From assembly GCA_963978095.1 (NCBI GenBank), contig CAXBQP010000069.1, forward strand, positions 1 through 11,735: a stretch of DNA of 11,735 nt, given 5' to 3'. Position 1 is the stretch's first letter, and each line of letters starts with the position of its first letter. The notes under the pieces are model-generated. The model did not search any database. It was not told the DNA's origin and saw nothing but the letters and a program-made list of their open reading frames with translations. The stretch comes from an uncultured bacterium. Lineage in GTDB: Bacteria > Gemmatimonadota > Gemmatimonadetes > Gemmatimonadales > Gemmatimonadaceae. Shown here one piece after another: positions 8,739 through 11,735 of this stretch. A program made the position numbers and the translations under genes.

Positions 8739-9955
8739 GCAGATCCCGCGATACCCTCGAAGTGCGCTACACGCCGAGCGGTCCGTCGTCGCGTCGCGTC
8801 GGCTGGCTCGCCCTCGATCGGGGACGTCCCGTCTTCGAGTTCGCAGAAGACTGGCTCACCACGCCACTCCCACTCTCGCCCGTGAAGTTCGTGCCACGCC
8901 GCGGTCTGCTCTCCGGCGATCCGCGCATGCCGTACGGTCTCCCCGGTGTATTCGCGGACTCACTCCCCGACGCGTGGGGGGAGCGGCTGGCGGATCGGTA
9001 CTTCCTGAGCCGCGGACGCGCGCTCGACGATGTCAGCGTCCTCGATCGCCTCACGCTCGTGGGCACGAGCGGGATGGGCGCGCTCACCTACCATCCGAGC
9101 GAGGAGCGCACGGCGCATCCCGCACCGCTCGACCTGGACGCGCTCAACCACGAAGCGACCCGTGTGCTCCAGGGCTCGGCGAGCGATCTCCTCCCGCAGC
9201 TCATCGAGACCGCCGGTAGCTCCGGCGGGGCGCGGCCCAAGCTGCTCGTCTCGCTCGATGCGCACGACCAGCTGCGCACCGACGATGGTTCGTTCCAGGA
9301 CGGCTTCACGCCGTGGATCGTCAAACTGCGCTACACCCAGGACGGCCCGGACGCCGCAGCGGTGGAGTTCGCCTATCACCAACTCGCGCGACACGCAGGA
9401 ATCCGCGTTCCCGCCGCGCGACTGCTCACGACCCCGAGTGATCGATTCTTCGCCGTGGAGCGCTTCGATCGTTCCGCCGGAACGCGCATCCATATGCTTT
9501 CGCTCAGCGGGCTACTCGACCTCCCGCAGAGTTACTTCGCCGCGGAGTATGGCGAGGTGGGACGACTGATTGCCTCGCTCTGCGAGAGCTATGCGGAAAC
9601 AACCGAGTTCGCGCGACGGATGGTGTTCAGTGTGTTGGCGCATAACCGCGATGATCATCTCAAGAACACGGCGCTCTTGATGAACGCCGACGGCACGTGG
9701 CGCCTCGCGCCGGCGTACGACCTGACCTTCATGCGCGGTCCTGGTGGCGAGCACTCCATGCTCGTGGCTGGCGAGGGGAGACACCTGACCCATGCACACC
9801 TCCTCCGAGCGGGCGAGACCATGGGACTTGAGCCTGCGGTCATGCGCCGGATCATCGACGAGGTGCGCACCGCACTCGGTCACTGGACCGAGATCGCGGA
9901 CGCCGTCGGGATCCTGTCGGCACGGCGCGACGAGATTCGCCACGCGTGGCAATAG
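8735..9955 (+). CDS. hipA: HipA-family serine/threonine kinase toxin (type II TA)
   Basis: N-terminal coupled domain (LPLSP, GLPGVFADSLPDAWGE, GMGALTY), Gly-rich loop GSSGGARPK, WIVK, EFAY, FAVERFDR, catalytic NRDDHLKN and Mg-binding LAPAYD. Confidence 0.95.
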   Translation: MSRSRDTLEVRYTPSGPSSRRVGWLALDRGRPVFEFAEDWLTTPLPLSPVKFVPRRGLLSGDPRMPYGLPGVFADSLPDAWGERLADRYFLSRGRALDDVSVLDRLTLVGTSGMGALTYHPSEERTAHPAPLDLDALNHEATRVLQGSASDLLPQLIETAGSSGGARPKLLVSLDAHDQLRTDDGSFQDGFTPWIVKLRYTQDGPDAAAVEFAYHQLARHAGIRVPAARLLTTPSDRFFAVERFDRSAGTRIHMLSLSGLLDLPQSYFAAEYGEVGRLIASLCESYAETTEFARRMVFSVLAHNRDDHLKNTALLMNADGTWRLAPAYDLTFMRGPGGEHSMLVAGEGRHLTHAHLLRAGETMGLEPAVMRRIIDEVRTALGHWTEIADAVGILSARRDEIRHAWQ

Positions 9956-9960
9956 TACCT

Positions 9961-10245
9961 CGGCGCGGCGATTCCACCGCGAGGAGCTACTGCACCTTCA
10001 CTTGACGGTCGATTGCGTTGTTGGACTCGCTCGTGAAGCGTGCCCCTCTCCCGACGGCGCAGATGAACCGGAACCTCGGCGCGGCGTGGTCGACGCTGCT
10101 CGGCGTCGATCCCAAGGCGCCGGAGGAGATGGTGAAGGCGTGGACGGTGTATCTGGCGACGCAGCCGCAGAATGATGCGGAGATCGGGGCGATTCGGGCG
10201 GCGGTGGAGAAGGCGTCGGCCCACGGGAAGGCCGTCACCAAGTGA
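9961..10245 (+). pseudogene. Probable C-terminal remnant of a helical (TPR-like) protein, or a 75-aa hypothetical protein (10018-10245)
   Basis: Host-like G/C-ending codons in 10018-10245. Only a TTG start with no nearby Shine-Dalgarno. The frame continues upstream through one TGA (10003) as RRGDSTARSYCTFT*RSIALLDSLVKR. AWTVYLATQP...IRAAVEK resembles a terminal TPR plus capping helix. Confidence 0.4.
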
Positions 10246-10773
10246 TCAGGCGTGCAGGTTCACCAGGTTGTTCCTCCGTCGCTTAAAGATCAGCGGCACA
10301 ATCCCCATGCTCGCGAAGGCATATTTTTCGCGTTCGCCGATCGCGATGTCACTAGTCGATTCCAAATCGATCAGACAGACAGCAACTGCAGCGAAATCGG
10401 CGAGTTTGTAAATCGACGCCTGTCCAAGAGCGGTCGCGACTGCATTCTGCCTTCCCGAGCTTCTTAAGAACTTGACTTCTATCGCCATGACCTCAACCTG
10501 ATCAACAGTGAGGATCATGTCTGGACGGTGCGGACGGCCCAAGAAGCTGATCGTACGCGCTGATGTAGCCCCATCTCCTGACATCACTACGCCTGCGTAC
10601 TTTTGAACGTGTGCACGAACGATGGGAGCGATTACTCGTGCCGTGTAAGCCGGCTCGCGCTCGTCTTGTCGCGGTATCTCCTGTAGTAAACTGGCGAGAT
10701 TTCTATAGGAGCGCTTCGCCAGTTCGAGCGCCTGTTCGTGCGAAAGGCGAGTACGCTGTGGATGGTGTTTCAC
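10246..10773 (-). CDS. Small PD-(D/E)xK-superfamily (restriction-endonuclease-like) nuclease
   Basis: HRPDMIL (PD at 10519-10524), then MAIEVK (EVK at 10471-10479), then the helix ALGQASIY (QxxxY); upstream acidic helix (EREPAY). Visibly lower GC than the host genes. Confidence 0.75.
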   Translation of the reverse strand: MKHHPQRTRLSHEQALELAKRSYRNLASLLQEIPRQDEREPAYTARVIAPIVRAHVQKYAGVVMSGDGATSARTISFLGRPHRPDMILTVDQVEVMAIEVKFLRSSGRQNAVATALGQASIYKLADFAAVAVCLIDLESTSDIAIGEREKYAFASMGIVPLIFKRRRNNLVNLHA

Positions 10774-10814
10774 CTATCGACAGCCTTGGCAAGGAGTTCC
10801 GCAGAACGCTGGCA

Positions 10815-11735
10815 CTATTCTTCCGTCTCGAGCTGATTGGCCAAAGTTTCTTTTTCGATTCCGAGCTGCGCTTTGAGCTTGGACGCCTTTACTTCCAGCG
10901 CATCACAGGCCGCATAGAGTTTCGTCGCCACGTGTGCTTGCCCGCCGGCACCCGCGATCGCCGTCCAATCGGAACGGGCAAGCGAGATCTTCTTCTTCAC
11001 GGGAGCGAGATAGTGCATGAACGCGTCTCGGTCCACGGTGTCTTCTTGAATCGCCCGCTCAAGAAGTTGACCGCCGAATTTTGCAAATCCACCAAGTCCA
11101 ATCGCCTGGAGTAGAATATACTCTTTCTTGTCTGCCCACTCCTCGGTGAAGGTGTCGCGGACAGCGCTCCAGTAGTTATTCAACAACGTCAGAATCGTGT
11201 CAGGTGAATCCCCAAAGGCCATCAGGACAGTTGGTGCCAAGGCAAGTTGTTGGGCGATCGCCGACCGCAGTGCATTGATTTTTACTGGTGGCACCTTTCC
11301 GTTCTCTGCCTTTACGCCCTTCGTCGACCCTCCCTTAAACACCATTCCTGCGAATGCCATTCCAGGTCGGCTTAGCTTGTCGGCGATCCAGAGCGGACGC
11401 CGCTTCGGGTCATCGCGCAGTTCGGCTTCTTCGGTGGTTCGGAGCTCAAGTTGAGCGAGGTGCGCCGTTTCCATTCCCTTGTGCTCGCCATTGATATCGC
11501 GAAACAGTCTCGCTTCGTCTACAGGACTGAGACCGATCAACAGAGAGAATGAAACCTCTGGAAAGGAGTCCGGGAGCTCAGCTTCATCCTCGTCTGCCCG
11601 ATCAAGTAGCTCATCAACCCCAAATAGCCGATGGTTTCCATCTACACGGCTGATCATTGGGGACTTGTTCATCTTCGGCCACTGAAACTGTCCGAGGTGA
11701 ACTCTGACTCCGACTGTGGACATTCCAATCGTCTC
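10815..11735 (-). CDS. DGQHR-domain (DndB-like, ParB/Srx fold) protein; partial, 5' end outside window
   Basis: ISRVDGNHRL (11628-11642) and the downstream EARLFRDINGEHK (FxxIN) motif; helical C-terminus with LLNNYWSAVRDTFTEEW...YILLQAIGLGG, as in DGQHR proteins. The frame stays open past ATG 11723 to the window edge (ETIG-M...). Confidence 0.85.
   Translation of the reverse strand, partial: ETIGMSTVGVRVHLGQFQWPKMNKSPMISRVDGNHRLFGVDELLDRADEDEAELPDSFPEVSFSLLIGLSPVDEARLFRDINGEHKGMETAHLAQLELRTTEEAELRDDPKRRPLWIADKLSRPGMAFAGMVFKGGSTKGVKAENGKVPPVKINALRSAIAQQLALAPTVLMAFGDSPDTILTLLNNYWSAVRDTFTEEWADKKEYILLQAIGLGGFAKFGGQLLERAIQEDTVDRDAFMHYLAPVKKKISLARSDWTAIAGAGGQAHVATKLYAACDALEVKASKLKAQLGIEKETLANQLETEE

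Noticed and set aside
8280..9990. hipBA as a discrete mobile element or integron cassette
   Set aside because: I found no terminal inverted repeats, target-site duplication, attC site, transposase or integrase by eye.
10611..11114. 167-aa plus-strand ORF spanning the DGQHR/nuclease junction
   Set aside because: It is antisense to two motif-supported genes and has no recognisable features.

Overview
GC-rich bacterial DNA. The gene content, A-x-A-Q signal peptides and C/T-rich start regions suggest Gemmatimonadota or a similar lineage (inference). Positions 1-8130 are host-like metabolic and envelope genes: a partial reaction-centre-type (PufC-like) c cytochrome on the minus strand; then on the plus strand a translationally coupled PQQ dehydrogenase with an internal haem c domain, a membrane-anchored HSL-type esterase and a carboxypeptidase-regulatory-like domain protein, followed by a class V PLP enzyme that appears internally deleted and frameshifted; then a convergent, coupled pair of an exported AHL-lactonase-like metallo-beta-lactamase and an ankyrin protein. 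Positions 8130-11735 look like the edge of an accessory or defence island: an AT-rich promoter with candidate operators, a hipB/hipA-type toxin-antitoxin pair, a probable gene remnant, and a visibly lower-GC cassette encoding a DGQHR-family protein (DGNHR variant, running off the window) and a small PD-(D/E)xK nuclease. That cassette is the best candidate for an undescribed system. I saw no tRNA, rRNA, CRISPR array, integrase or transposase.
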